Shown here one piece after another: positions 1-17,059 of a stretch of DNA of 64,000 nucleotides. This stretch comes from the human T2T-CHM13v2.0 reference genome, Homo sapiens. Each line of letters opens with the position of its first letter. The stretch's first letter is position 1. Made by a program: the position numbers and the translations under genes. The notes under the pieces are model-generated. The model was given only the letters and a program-made list of their open reading frames with translations, searched no databases and was not told where the DNA came from. The DNA lies in the NCBI RefSeq assembly GCF_009914755.1, contig NC_060930.1, one strand, 5' to 3'.

Positions 1-229
1 ACCCCAAACATATAGAATTGGCTTACTACAGACTGAAAGCTTGTAAAGGGATACTCTTTAGAGGGAAAAAAAAATATGCTTTAAAGATCCTGAAACAGAC
101 TTCAAGAGATGTGGCACAACCTGTTTCCAGGAAATAGAATCATCATATGAGTTATCTTTGACACTGCAAAATGAAATGAGGAGATTAAAAATCTCATTCA
201 ACTAGTTCAAGTTCTCTCTCTTTTCCTGC

Positions 230-585
230 CCCTCCACTAGTGTTCATATGGATCTCCCTGCCTGGAATTCCCTCCCTGACCTGTCAGCTGTTTCTTTTTG
301 GATGATTATTACTTATTCTTACTTATTATTGATCACTGAAATCTCAACTTGGATATCACTTCTTCCAGGAAGCCAAATCTAGGTTAGGAGAGTGCTATGT
401 GTGCACCCAGCACCCTGAACTTCCTGTACCACAGTATTTGTCACGTTTCATTAACCTGCCTCTCTACCTGTCCGTATCCTCACGACATAAAAATGCTTTG
501 AAGTAAGAGATCTTCTATATAATGTCACAATCATATCACCAGAGCCATTCCTGGGTCAGTGCTCAATAAATATTTGTTTAAAATA
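230..585 (+). mobile_element. L2 LINE 3' end fragment
   Basis: Degenerate L2-like 3' region ending in the typical GTGCTCAATAAATATTTGTT terminus at ~559-578. Boundaries approximate. Confidence 0.6.
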
Positions 586-1006
586 AAAGTAGAGAAAGAA
601 GGGAAAAGGGAGTAAGAATGAAGGTAGAAATGAACAAGCAGTGCCTCATTTATTTAAATAATGGCAAAAATGCTGGAAATCCCCAGAACAAGAAGCCACA
701 TGATCCCAGACTCAGCTGTGGCACAAAGTGAGTGAAGTTATATAAGTGGGACCAAAAGGGCTGATTTTGTTTGCTACAGCTTTTTCAAGGCTGAAGATGA
801 AAATATCCTTAAAACAATTTAATCCTTCTGAAATAATGATGGAGGAAAACAACTGTTTGTAAAAGCAATCAGTGATAATTAATAAACAAATTGGCAGAGG
901 TTTTTTTCTTTTTCCTCTGAAAAAGCTTTCTTCCAATGAGTGCTCACGAAGGAACACAGAAAGCAGTCCATTGTATTTTTTAAATGTGTGATTACACCAC
1001 CTTTGA

Positions 1007-1155
1007 TGTGTATTTATATATATATACACATACACATACATACACATATGTATGTATAGATATCCCATATGTGGTATTTGTGATATCACATATATCTACC
1101 ACATATGTGGTAGATATATATCACACACACATATACACACACACACACTCACACA
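1007..1155. repeat. Mixed (TA)n/(CA)n microsatellite with embedded palindromes
   Basis: TA/CA runs. Perfect 30-bp palindrome ATATATCTACCACATATGTGGTAGATATAT at 1090-1119. Confidence 0.9.
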
Positions 1156-2145
1156 GTTAACATATACATGAAACTCTTTAGACTGAATCTCATTTATCTC
1201 ATTTGTCGTATAATCTATAATTCCTTAATTATTTTTGGATAAAATGAACTGAAGCTCATTGTACATTTCTCTTATCGGGGGAAATGTGAAATCTTGCTTT
1301 AGGATCTAGATTGAGCTTTTCATTTGGGAAGAATCAAATAAATAGATTAAACATTTTTCTTAAAATGTGTTCTATTTTAACAGCACAAGTGAATGTAATA
1401 ATTGTATTAAAAATTCCTTATAATCACTCTGTAAATTTAAATTATAGTGTACTCCTTTTATTATCTCTTTAAGGAACTGAGCTAAAGAAGTAACAAACTA
1501 TTCTTTTTCTCTTCGAAAAGAATTTTCTCGTATCTTTTTTTGATATGAATGCAATTGTGAAATGAACTGTGTAGATTCTTCAAATATAATTATGTATAAT
1601 ATTGAAAGTGTCAATGGGAAAAAGGAATAACATCAGAAATAATGAATATGAGAGAAATCTGAATGATGATACATATTTCTTGGAAGCAGGTGACCCAACT
1701 CAGAAAAATAACTGTCTTATGAACAGCTGAATATATGGGACTATCCATTTTCCATGTCATTAGATAGCCAATCAACTGAAGTACACAACGAATTTAACCT
1801 TTTATTTACCACAAATAATCTGTTTCACTCACATAGTTAAATTGAAATTGTTTGGGTATCATTCATTCATTAGAATCTAGTGCTATTTTGCTCCTCAATA
1901 TCTATTATCTGTCCTTCTTTCTAACCCAGGAGGTTCATCTGTATGAATCACACAGTCATGGTTTCTCACTCATCTGGCTTCCAGTTGAGTCCAATCAGCG
2001 GAGAAACATAGCAGTTTGGAGGAAGAAAGAAAGAGGAAGAGCAGAGAGTAAGGTCAGAATATTACCTGGCTTCTTCCTTCCCTTTCAAAATGAGGTCAAA
2101 CTAGCTAATCCTTTCAATAAGCATCACCCAAATCCCATTGTATTC

Positions 2146-2199
2146 CTCTGGGTTCCAATAACCATGCTATCTCTGGGTTCCAATAACCATGCTATCTCT
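2146..2199. repeat. 25-bp perfect tandem duplication
   Basis: CTCTGGGTTCCAATAACCATGCTAT starts at 2146 and again at 2171. Confidence 0.95.
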
Positions 2200-2813
2200 T
2201 CCTCCTTTAAGTCTAAGGGTGGTACCAGGTCAGCTGCTGCCGACTCCAGGTTATTTTAGTAGCCTTTATAGTCTCCCTTTTGTCTATGTCACTAAACACA
2301 TCAAGAATTATTCTATTTGCAGTGATCCATATGTTTTCTGCTGAGACAAGATTTATAAAGAAAACAGATTATCTCTGTCAATTATCTTGATATGCATTCT
2401 TTTTAAAATCAGAATGTTTACATTATTGACTTAACACTTCCTTTTATTTAGTTATTTTATAAACTCAGACTTATGTATTATACATTTCTCATTAATGTAT
2501 ATTTTTGACTGGAGGAAAAAAGAAGAAGGAATATGGCCATAAAACATGTAGAATCTTCTTTGCTCTTGCACACATGTGGAAGATTCTCCTCTTCTTTACA
2601 CTTTGCTGGTATTTTTAAAACTGTAAATTAACTCATTTGAATCTATTTTATTTCATTTATCCTGACTTGAAAACTCCTATTAGGTCACCCAGCCTCTATT
2701 TCCTCCCATTCCAGAATAACCCAAATCATGTTCAGTAACATATCCTATTTTTGTTTCCAAAGAAGAATCCTGATTGGCCTATGTAGTCTACCTATGCATT
2801 TCATTCCTTTGTT

Positions 2814-4237
<1,424 letters not shown>

Positions 4238-5199
4238 TCTCTGGTGATAGTTTCTGGCTCAAGTTTGGGCATGTGACCTAAGCTAGCCCAATTAGTGTGA
4301 AGAGAACTACTATTTTACACTTGTTTAGGAGAGGTTTCTCTACCTTCCTCACAGTAAATGTAAACAGAACATCTCTTGCAAGCATGGGAAAATGGGGCAG
4401 GGTGAAGTTAATGTTGACTGAGTGGATATTAAAGAACCCAGATTTGGGGGATTTTCAAAATAAGTTCATATCGCCCTTGGAGTTTACCTTTGGATTTATA
4501 TTTTATATTTAAAAATACCATTTAAGCCAATTTGCATTAGATTTTTCAGTTACAGTGGAAATATCCTAATGTGTACCTACAAATTATTTGGTTTATTTCT
4601 GAAAGTCTTGTTGTTTAAGTATCATTTTGCATTTTCATTCAGATATAACTCTCAAATATAAAATTCTGCTAATTAAATATCATTATAAACTGTGTTGAAT
4701 TGCACAACTATCACAGATGACAGAACTTTTTTCTCAAATAATAAAATATTTTTAAAACTTTTGATATTTCTCAGGTATGATAATAATCAATTGTTTCAAA
4801 GATATTTTCCAAGTAAGTTCAAGTTGGTGTATTAGAACTTACATCGATACTCTGTTCAGCATAAACGATCCTCTAAAAGAGATATTTTCCTAAATTACTG
4901 AAAGGAAAATATAGGCTTCAGAATATTTTTAAAATTCCATTTTTGAGGTTTAGAAATAAGGCTTACAGCTCAGACAAGCATTACAATCAAGCTACTTTCT
5001 CATTGGTGAGACACATTTTAAAAGTTAACTTGCATATCTCAACTACACAAATTTCAAGGCATAACATTGAAAAAAGAAAAAACTTCCATTGCTAGTAAAA
5101 AAAAAAAATCACAATTCCCTTATGATTCAAATGCAAAAAAAAAATGAGAATATGAGAGGATAAGAGGATGTTCAATGATCCCTTGTTTACTTCTTTTAA

Positions 5200-6000
5200 A
5201 AAATTATGAACCATTTTAAGTCTAAACAAATAGAATGATATAAGAAACATTCATGTTTCTCCAGTTCAATTTGGTTAATTATTAACATTTTTGCATCTTA
5301 AATTTTGATTATTTAAAATAAAAATAAAACACCATTACAGATTTGTATTAAATTCCCTTTGCTAGTGTTCCCAATCCCTTTCCTTCATTTCCTACTTCGA
5401 AATGACAACCATCCTAAATTTTGCATATATTAACCCAAAGCAATTTTTAATAGTTTTACTGTACAGGTATGACCATACACACACCAACACACACATGCAG
5501 ATAATGTATTAAATATAGGACATATATTTGATATGTATATATTATATATAATTGTATACATGTATATAAATCACATAACCTACCATACTGTACATCTTTC
5601 AGGAATTTCCTTTTTTCACCTAACATTTTGCTTACTTTTTAATCCATGTTTATAAACTACATATGACAATCTAGGTCATTAATTTTTACTGCTATGTAGT
5701 TTTGTAATATGTGATAATTATACAATATATTTTGCCATTTTTGATGTATTTTGGGTTTTTTTCCTCACTTTTCCCTATTATAAACAAAATTACAATAAAC
5801 ATCCTTGAGCATATATCCTTGTATGTATTCCCTGTACGAGATTCCCTGGAGTATATTCCTAGGATAAAGTAGAAGTGCCGAGTCTTAAATATGTGCAGCT
5901 AAAACAGTATTCAATATAGCAAATTATTTTCCAAGGTAGCTAAATCAATTCATTATCTAACACTAGTAAGCAAATTCCATTTTTAACAAGAAAAATTATT
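5200..6000 (-). mobile_element. Old L1M (L1ME-like) 3' region fragment
   Basis: Degenerate antisense L1 3' motifs, e.g. ATTATAAACAAAATTACAATAAACATCCTTG and GGAGTATATTCCTAGG. Confidence 0.55.
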
Positions 6001-6707
6001 GAAATTAAGGAAATATACAAATTAGGAATTGAGAATATACATCAGAATAAACTCAAGAAAGTGACAAAAGGAATAATACAGAAAAGAGCAGACCTTAATT
6101 ACAAAGAAAGCAAAAAAATAATGCACGAATCTTTTGTTGTCAGGTTTTATTTGTCTATTAGCTCAAGTTAACGAGCACTATTCAATGAATGTTAACGAGC
6201 ATTACTAATAGCATCAATTAAATATTCTATAGCATTATTTTTCCTTGCTTTGTCTATTGAATATTCAAAGAGGTATTTAAAGTATTGTATTCCGATTGTG
6301 ATTATGGTTATCCAATGTTCCTCTGTAATATCATTCATTTTTAGATTATTCTGTCAAGATAACATAAGAAAAAGACTAAGCAGCAGATTCTGTATCTGTG
6401 GAAATCAAACAAGGAATATATTAGATTCATGAGATTATTTGAAACACATGGGTCCCATAGGCAAAATAAGATTTGATTTTATTTATGAATATCTAAGAGT
6501 CTTGTTGTATGTGAATGCATTAATCAAATTATTGTTTACACCAACATACATTTGCTGCAGTTTTTCTTCACAGATGTATCACAATTTATTTAGCCAAGTC
6601 TTTATTTTAATGATTCTTAGACTGTCTGTAATACGTCACAATTTTAACTACTACCAAAATAAACATTTTCCTATGGCTAAATAGTTATATAAAAACTGTT
6701 TGTTTTA

Positions 6708-6977
<270 letters not shown>

Positions 6978-7809
6978 TTAAATTATTAAAAGTTAAATTA
7001 TAGTATATAATGATAAAATTATAAGATGATTAACACACATTGTCCTGTTGTCCCTATATTTTATACTTGTGACTGCAAATTTTAAAATTAAATTAATTTT
7101 CCTACATAGCTTTATTACAATGAATAATAATTTTTAAATCTTTGAATATTTAAGAAGTAAAAATCTGTTTTTCACAGTTGTACCATTGAATACCAGTGTT
7201 ATACATGTACTTCTTTTTAATTATTTTTATCAGTAAGTTTTTCTCTTTATTAAAGTTTGTTTATAGTCTATTATATTTTATTTTAATGGGATGCAATTAT
7301 TTCTCAGGGATTTAATGTGCTTTTTAATTATGATATCAACTCATAAAATTGTTTCTCTTTTTTTATTTGGCCTTTAATTTTTTTATGTATGATTTGTTGT
7401 ACATCATTCATCATATACAATTTGCTTTATAGCCTTCATTTTTATTGTACTTAAATCTCTCAGTCTTTTGTGGTTTCCTCAACATCCCTCTGACATTAAA
7501 AAAACATACACTAAGCCTCTAGTTTATGTCAATAACTGTTCTAGGTATAGGTAATAATTTATTGGAAAAGACAAACAAAGCCTTGCCTTCTTGAAGCTAA
7601 CATTTTATTCATTGCATTTCACTGATATAATAATCATCATTTCATGTGCATAACAATGAAAAATACAAATAACTTACAATTTTTATAGCTTTTGCTTGTT
7701 TTATTTTTAATTGAGAATTTTTTATGTAATGTAATATTACCTTTTTATAAATATGCAAATAATTATTATATAATTCTTAATTTCTGCATGATTTAAAATG
7801 CCATATTAC

Positions 7810-9477
7810 TGAGAGGTGTCAATGTGCTAGCAGCCCTCACTGCCTCTCAGCACCTCCTCGGCCTCAGCATCCACTCTGGCCATGCTTCAGGAGCCCTTCA
7901 GCCCGCCGCTGCACTGTGGGATCCCCTCTCTGGGCTGGCCAAGGCCAGAGCCTGCTCCCACTGCTTGCAGGGAGGTGTGGAGGGAGAGGCACGGGCAGGA
8001 ACCGGGGCTGCACCCAGTGCTCATGGACCAGCGCAAGTTCCAGGTGGGCACGGGATCAGCAGGCCTCACACTCAGAGTGGCCAGCTGGCGCCACCAGCCC
8101 CGGGCAATGAGGGGCTTAGCACCCGGGCCAGCAGCTGCGGAGGGTGCGCTGGGTTCCCCAGCAGTGCTGGCCCACCTGTGCCGCACTCGAATTCTCGCCG
8201 GGCCCTAGCTGTCTCCTTGAGGGGCAGGGCTCAGGACCTGCATCCCGCCATGCCCAAGCCCCTGCCCCGCAGTGGGCTCCTGCGCATCCCGAGCCTCCCC
8301 AGCGGGCACTGCCCCTTGCTCCATGGCACCTGGTCCCATCGACCGCCCAAGGGCTGAGGAATGCGGGCACATGGTGCAGGACTGGCGGGCAGCTCCACCC
8401 ATGGCCCCGGCGCGGGATCCACTAGGCAAAGCCAGCTGAGCTCCTGAGTCAGTTGGGGACTTGGAGAACTTTTATGTGTAGCTAAAGGTTTGTAAATGCA
8501 CCAATCAGCACTTCTTGTCTAGCTCAAGGATTGTAAATGCAGCAATCAGCACTCTGTGTCTAGCTTGAGGTTTGTGGATGCACCAATCAGCACTCTGTAT
8601 CTAGCTAATCTGGTGGGGACTTGGAGAACCTTTATGTCTAGCTAAAGGATTGTAAATACACCAATCACCACTCTGTGTCTAGCTCAAGGTTTGTAAACAC
8701 ACCAATCAGCACCCTGTATCTAGCTCAAGGTTTATAAACGCACCAATCAGCATCCTGTGTCTAGCTCAAGGTTTGTAAATGCACCAATCAGTGCTCTGTG
8801 TCTAGTTAATCTGGTGAGGACTTGGAGAACTTTTATGTCTAGCTAGAGGATTGTAAACGCACCAATCAGCACTCGGTGTCTAGCTCATAGATTGTAAACG
8901 CACCAATCAGCACCCTGTCAAAATGGACCAATCAGCTCTCCGTAAAATGGACCAATCAGCTCTCTGTAAAATGGACCAATCAGCAGGATGTGGGTGGGGC
9001 TAGATAAGAGAATAAAAGGCTGCCCGAGCCAGCAGTGGCAATCCACTTAGATCCCCTTGCACAGTGTGGAAGCTTCATTTTTTCACCCTTTGCAATAAAT
9101 CCTGCTGCTGCTGACTCTTTGGGTCCGCACTGCCTTTACGAGCTGTAACACTCACTGCGAAGGTCTGCAGCTTCACTCCTGAGGCCAGCGAGACCACAAA
9201 CCCAACAGGAGGAATGAACAACTCCGGACGGAAAGAACAAACAACTCCAGACGCGCCACCTTAAGAGCTGTAACACTCACCACGAAGGTCTGCAGCTTCA
9301 CTCCTGAAGCCAGCGAGACCACGAACCCACCAGAAGGAAGAAACTCAGAACACGTGTGAACATCAGAAGGAACAAACTCCAGATACACCATCTTTAAGAA
9401 CTGCAACACTCACCATGAGGGTCCACGGCTTCACTCTTGAAGTCAGTAAGACCAAGAACCCACCAGTTTCAGACACA
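7810..9477 (+). mobile_element. ERV9 solo LTR (LTR12C-like)
   Basis: TGAGAGGTG...AGACACA termini and perfect 4-bp TSD TTAC (7806-7809, 9478-9481). GC-rich 5' U3, ~41-bp CCAATCAGC repeat array, U5 repeats. Confidence 0.95.
8450..9020 (+). promoter_or_regulatory. LTR12 U3 enhancer/promoter: CCAAT (NF-Y) array, GATA motif and AATAAAA TATA-like box
   Basis: 11 intact CCAAT motifs at 8501-8980, AGATAA at 9002-9007, AATAAAA at 9011. ERV9 LTRs are established NF-Y/GATA-dependent promoters. Activity of this copy is not shown. Confidence 0.7.
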
Positions 9478-10554
9478 TTACCATACAATAACTCTTAGTT
9501 ATCCAAAAGTCTATTGTTATTATTTTGTTTAACTTCCAATTTGATTTATTGATCTCTTATTAGTTATTTCTTGTTTGTTTTAGGATCCATCTGTTAAAAG
9601 ATTTACACTGTACAGTGTATTCCATTGTTCATATAATTATAATAATTTTCCACATACCATAATTTAGTCCATTTATTGAATAATCAGAATAAAGTAACCA
9701 TTATAAATTTTAAAACGTGGAAAGTGTTTGATTATAAATAATAGCATGGTCTTTTACATGTTCCCCTAAAAGATGAAAGTTACTCTAGCTGTTTCTTGGT
9801 AACTTGCTTTAAAAATATTTGCATGTTGCCTAGCACCCAGTTAGCAATAAGCCTCAGATAAAACTTTCATTTAATGATTTATTATATTTTCCACTTAACT
9901 CTTCAAGCATCACGCTCCTATGGCCTTTGTAAACAGTAGACATTGCTCTGATCATGAGCTTTAAATGACTTCACATTAGCTACAGAAAAAGGCTTAATAT
10001 GCTCTCAAAGCTGTTGGTGTCTTCCACAATTTTTTCTTATTGTATTTCTCTAGGCTCATCTCTTATGTTGTCTAACAAAAGTCCTCTATTCTAGCTAGTG
10101 TGATCCATGTTGATTATTCAGAGTTACATAAATTCTCCATGCCTATGTCTACCTTCTTTGATGTCTTCTACACTTTAGTCTTGCCTTCTCATTTAAAACA
10201 AAGCCTCAACTATTTCTCAATCATTATAAATCCTTATAAATATACTGCAATAATGGAATGATATTGTAACGTAAGTGTTTCAATTCTGGAGAGTTTAGCA
10301 TATTTTGCTTTTTATCCATCCTTATCATCTACATTTTAAACTTCTTATCCTTCCTCTCATATAACCATCTTCTCAATTCTTTTTCTATGCTAAAATATAA
10401 AATATACTTAATCTGATAATGAACTAATTGGCAATAATTAGAAAATATTTATACATTCTTGGCTCATATGTGTCTTCAAACCTTCAATATAATAACAAAT
10501 ACTTTTGGCTTGATCTTCAAATTATATGCAGATTCTGTTTAAGATGTCTGATTT

Positions 10555-11968
<1,414 letters not shown>

Positions 11969-12894
11969 AGGGTGATAGAAGCTGTCAAGATTGGATCATC
12001 TTGGTGGTGGCTCTGAATTATGTCCAGTGAAGGCACCCAACCAGAGAAACCAGCCAATAGCATCGCTCTGCAAGAAGCAATATCAAAAAGTCTACCAGGT
12101 TAGAGTGTCCAGCCAGCTTCTCCAGCCAGCTTTGGTGTTTTAATTAATATTTCTCTAGTCTGGAACACAAGTGCACATCTGTGAATATCTGTGGAAGAGA
12201 ACATCTGGCGGCCCCACTCACTCCAGTGCTCAGGTGGTGACTACGCAAAGCTCTGATGCTCTGTATAAGACTTCCTTTGACTGAAGGAATGTGCGTATCT
12301 ACAAATATCTGAAGAGGGGAGCATCTGGCCCCAGCCATTCCAACTGGCCAAGTAAGAATCCCCCAAATGCCTTACCCAGTTTTAAAGTCCAGCCTACAGT
12401 CTTGCCCAACAACAAATTATGAACAGCAGTACTGCCCACCCAGGGAATTTAGCCTGCAACCAGACCCAATTAGAGGTGATCACCTGACCATAAAATCCAT
12501 AGAATCCAGACAGTGGTATCATTGTGACACAAAGCACAACCAGCAGCTCGACTCAACTTCAGAGCACAGTCAGTGTCCCAGCCCAATCAAAGAACCTGAC
12601 ATTAAGGTCTGCCTATCCATGGTTACTACCAGCTGGCCTATTCAGAATCCCAGGCCAGACCAAATAACAAAGGTCTATCACTGCCAAAAAATACTTGCAA
12701 AGACTGGAATATGTGGCCATTATCTGAAATGTGCTGACACCAACACAAATACCCAAGAATTAAGAAGCACCAGGGACATATGACACCATCAGAAGAAACT
12801 GATACAGCTCTAATAATAAACCCTAAACAAATAGACATCTATAAAATGACTGACAAAGAATTCAGAATAATCATCCTAAGGGAGTACAGGTAAA

Positions 12895-15800
12895 TATGTA
12901 TGTGTGTATATATATATATATACACATATATATATATAATATATATATTATATATAAACATATATTATATATATTTATATATTATATATAAACATATATT
13001 ATATATATATTTATATATTATATATAAACATATATTATATATATATTTATATATTATATATAAACATATATTATATATATATTTATATATTTATATATAT
13101 TATATATATTTTTATATATTTATATATATTATATATATTTATATATTTATATATATTATATATATTTATATATATTATATATATTTATATATTTATATAT
13201 TATATATATTATATATATTTATATATAATATATATAATATATGTTTATATATTTATATATAAACATATATTATATATGTTTATATATTATATATAAACAT
13301 ATATTATATATGTTTATATATAATATATAAACATATATTATATATATTTATAAATATTTATATATATTATATATATTTATAAATATTTATATATATTATA
13401 TATATTATATATATTATATATATTATATATATTATATATATTTATATATATTTATATCTATTTATACATATTTATATATATTATATATTTATATATATTT
13501 ATATATACTGATATATATTATATATATTTATATATATTATATACAAACATATATTATACATATTTATATATATTATATACAAACATATATTATACATATT
13601 TATATATATTATATACAAACATATATTATACATGTTTATATATTATATACAAACATATATTATACATGTTTATATATTATATACAAACATATATATGTTT
13701 ATATATTATATACAAACATATATATGTTTATATATTATATACAAACATATATATGTTTATATATTATATACAAACATATATATGTTTATATATTATATAC
13801 AAACATATATATGTTTATATATTATATACAAACATATATATGTTTATATATTATATACAAACATATATATGTTTATATATTATATACAAACATATATATG
13901 TTTATATATTATATACAAACATATATATGTTTATATATTATATACAAACATATATATGTTTATATATTATATACAAACATATATATGTTTATATATTATA
14001 TACAAACATATATATGTTTATATATTATATACAAACATATATATGTTTATATATTATATACAAACATATATATGTTTATATATTATATACAAACATATAT
14101 ATGTTTATATATTATATACAAACATATATATGTTTATATATTATATACAAACATATATATGTTTATATATTATATACAAACATATATATGTTTATATATT
14201 ATATACAAACATATATATGTTTATATATTATATACAAACATATATATGTTTATATATTATATACAAACATATATATGTTTATATATTATATACAAACATA
14301 TATATGTTTATATATTATATACAAACATATATATGTTTATATATTATATACAAACATATATATGTTTATATATTATATACAAACATATATATGTTTATAT
14401 ATTATATACAAACATATATATGTTTATATATTATATACAAACATATATATGTTTATATATTATATACAAACATATATATGTTTATATATTATATACAAAC
14501 ATATATTATATATGTTTATATATTATATACAAACATATATTATATATGTTTATATATTATATACAAACATATATTATATATGTTTATATATTATATACAA
14601 ACATATATTATATATGTTTATATATTATATACAAACATATATTATATATGTTTATATATTATATACAAACATATATTATATATGTTTATATATTATATAC
14701 AAACATATATTATATATGTTTATATATTATATACAAACATATATTATATATGTTTATATATTATATACAAACATATATTATATATGTTTATATATTATAT
14801 ACAAACATATATTATATATGTTTATATATTATATACAAACATATATTATATATGTTTATATATTATATACAAACATATATTATATATGTTTATATATTAT
14901 ATACAAACATATATTATATATGTTTATATATTATATACAAACATATTATATATGTTTATATATTATATACAAACATATATTATATATGTTTATATATTAT
15001 ATACAAACATATATTATATATGTTTATATATTATATATAAATATATATTATATATAAACTATATATTATATATGTTTATATATAATATATAAACTATATA
15101 TTACATAGTTTATATATAATATATAAACTATATATTACATATGTTTATATATTATATATAAACTATATATTATATATAGTTTATATATTATATGAACTAT
15201 ATATTATATATAGTTTATATATTATATAAACTATATATTATATATAGTTCATATAATATATAAACTATATATTATATATAGTTTATATATTATATATAGT
15301 TTATATATTATATATAAACATATATTATATATAGTTCATATTATATATAAACTATATATTATATATGTTTATATATTATATATAAACATATATTATATAT
15401 AGTTCATATTATATATAAACTATATATTTATATATGTTTATATATTATATATAAACATATATAATATATAGTTTATATATAATATATAAATTATATATAT
15501 TTATATAATATGTAATATATATAACATATAGTTTATATATAGTTTATATATTATATATAAACTATATATTATATATATTATATATAATATATAAACTATA
15601 TATGATATATATTATATAATATATAAACTATATATGATATATATTATATAATATATAAACTATATATGATATATTATTATATATAATATATAAACTATAT
15701 ATTATATATTATTATATATAATATATATAAACTATATATTATATATTATTATATATAATATATATAAACTATATATTATATATTATTATATATAATATAT

Positions 15801-16081
15801 ATAAACTATATATTATATATTATTATATATAATATATATAAACTATATATTATATATTATTATATATAATATATATAAACTATATATTATATATTATTAT
15901 ATATAATATATATAAACTATATATTATATATTATTATATATAATATATATAAACTATATATTATATATTATTATATATAATATATATAAACTATATATTA
16001 TATATTATTATATATAATATATATAAACTATATATTATATATTATTATATATAATATATATAAACTATATATTATATATAT
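12895..16081. repeat. 3.2-kb AT-rich compound minisatellite (29-, 34- and 37-bp units)
   Basis: 28 copies of TATATACAAACATATATATGTTTATATAT (13678-14489), ~16 copies of a 34-bp variant (14490-15031), ~10 copies of a 37-bp unit (15692-16081). The 29- and 34-aa periodicity of the track ORFs confirms the unit lengths. Confidence 0.98.
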
Positions 16082-17059
16082 TTCTATTTCTTTGGAATAA
16101 GATGTATAAATAAAATTTAAAATTTGACAAAAAATAAAAATTTCTATATAAAAAATTTATATAGAAATTTTAGAAATAAAGATTACAATAATTGAACTGA
16201 AAAATTTAATATAAACCTTCAACAGCAAACTTTACCAACAGGAAAAGAAGATCAGTATGCTTGAAGACTGAACATTTGAAATTATAAAGAGGAGAAAATC
16301 AAAAAAAATTGAAGTAATAAAGCAGGCATATAGGAATCATGGGACATCATCAAGAGAACTAACCTTTGCAGAAAGGAAGCACAGAAGAATTTTTAAAAGT
16401 TCTAGAAACTATATTTAAGGAATTAATGGCTGTAAATTTCCCAAATCTGAGAAAAGATGCATACATTCAGATATGAGAAGATCAGAGATCTCTAATTAAA
16501 TTTAATCCAAAGAGAAATTCACCAACATGCACAATATTCAAAGTATCAAAATTCAAGTAAAATAAGGAATTCTGAAGGCAGTAAGTGAAAAGAAACATAT
16601 AACATACAAAGGAGTTTCAATATGACTGTCATCATATTTCTAAACAGAAACCCTGCAGGCTACAAGAGAGTGGAAGGATATATTTAAAATGATGAAGAAA
16701 AATTTTAAAAATCTGCCCACCAAGAATACTTTACCTAGCGAAACTATCTTTCAGAAATGAGAGATAAATAAATACTTTTCCAGACAAACAAAAGCTAAGA
16801 GATTTCATCACTACTAGGTCAGCCCTAGAGAAACTGCTAAAGGGATTTATTTAAGTTGAGACGAAGGGCTACTAATTAATAACATAAAACACATGAAGGC
16901 AAATAACTCAATAAATAATAAAGAGTCATAGTTGAAATTCTCTAATATTAAAAGGTGGTGTATAAAGCAATTTTATCTATGATGTGAGGGTTATAAGACA
17001 AAATTACTAAAAACAACTTTAGCTACAATGAATTGTTAAGTGCTACCAATTACACAAAG

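Noticed and set aside
7824-8429. Cluster of GC-rich ORFs, possible CpG-island gene
   Set aside because: Entirely inside LTR12 U3, where GC-rich sequence is naturally poor in stops.
13678-15031. CRISPR-like array of palindromic ~29-34-bp repeats
   Set aside because: The repeats are head-to-tail with no unique spacers, there are no cas genes, and the context is primate.
13632-15092. Three long overlapping ORFs (438-486 aa, Y/I-rich)
   Set aside because: They arise because the 29/34-bp units lack stop codons on the plus strand. All three frames give the same periodic peptide and there is no gene context.
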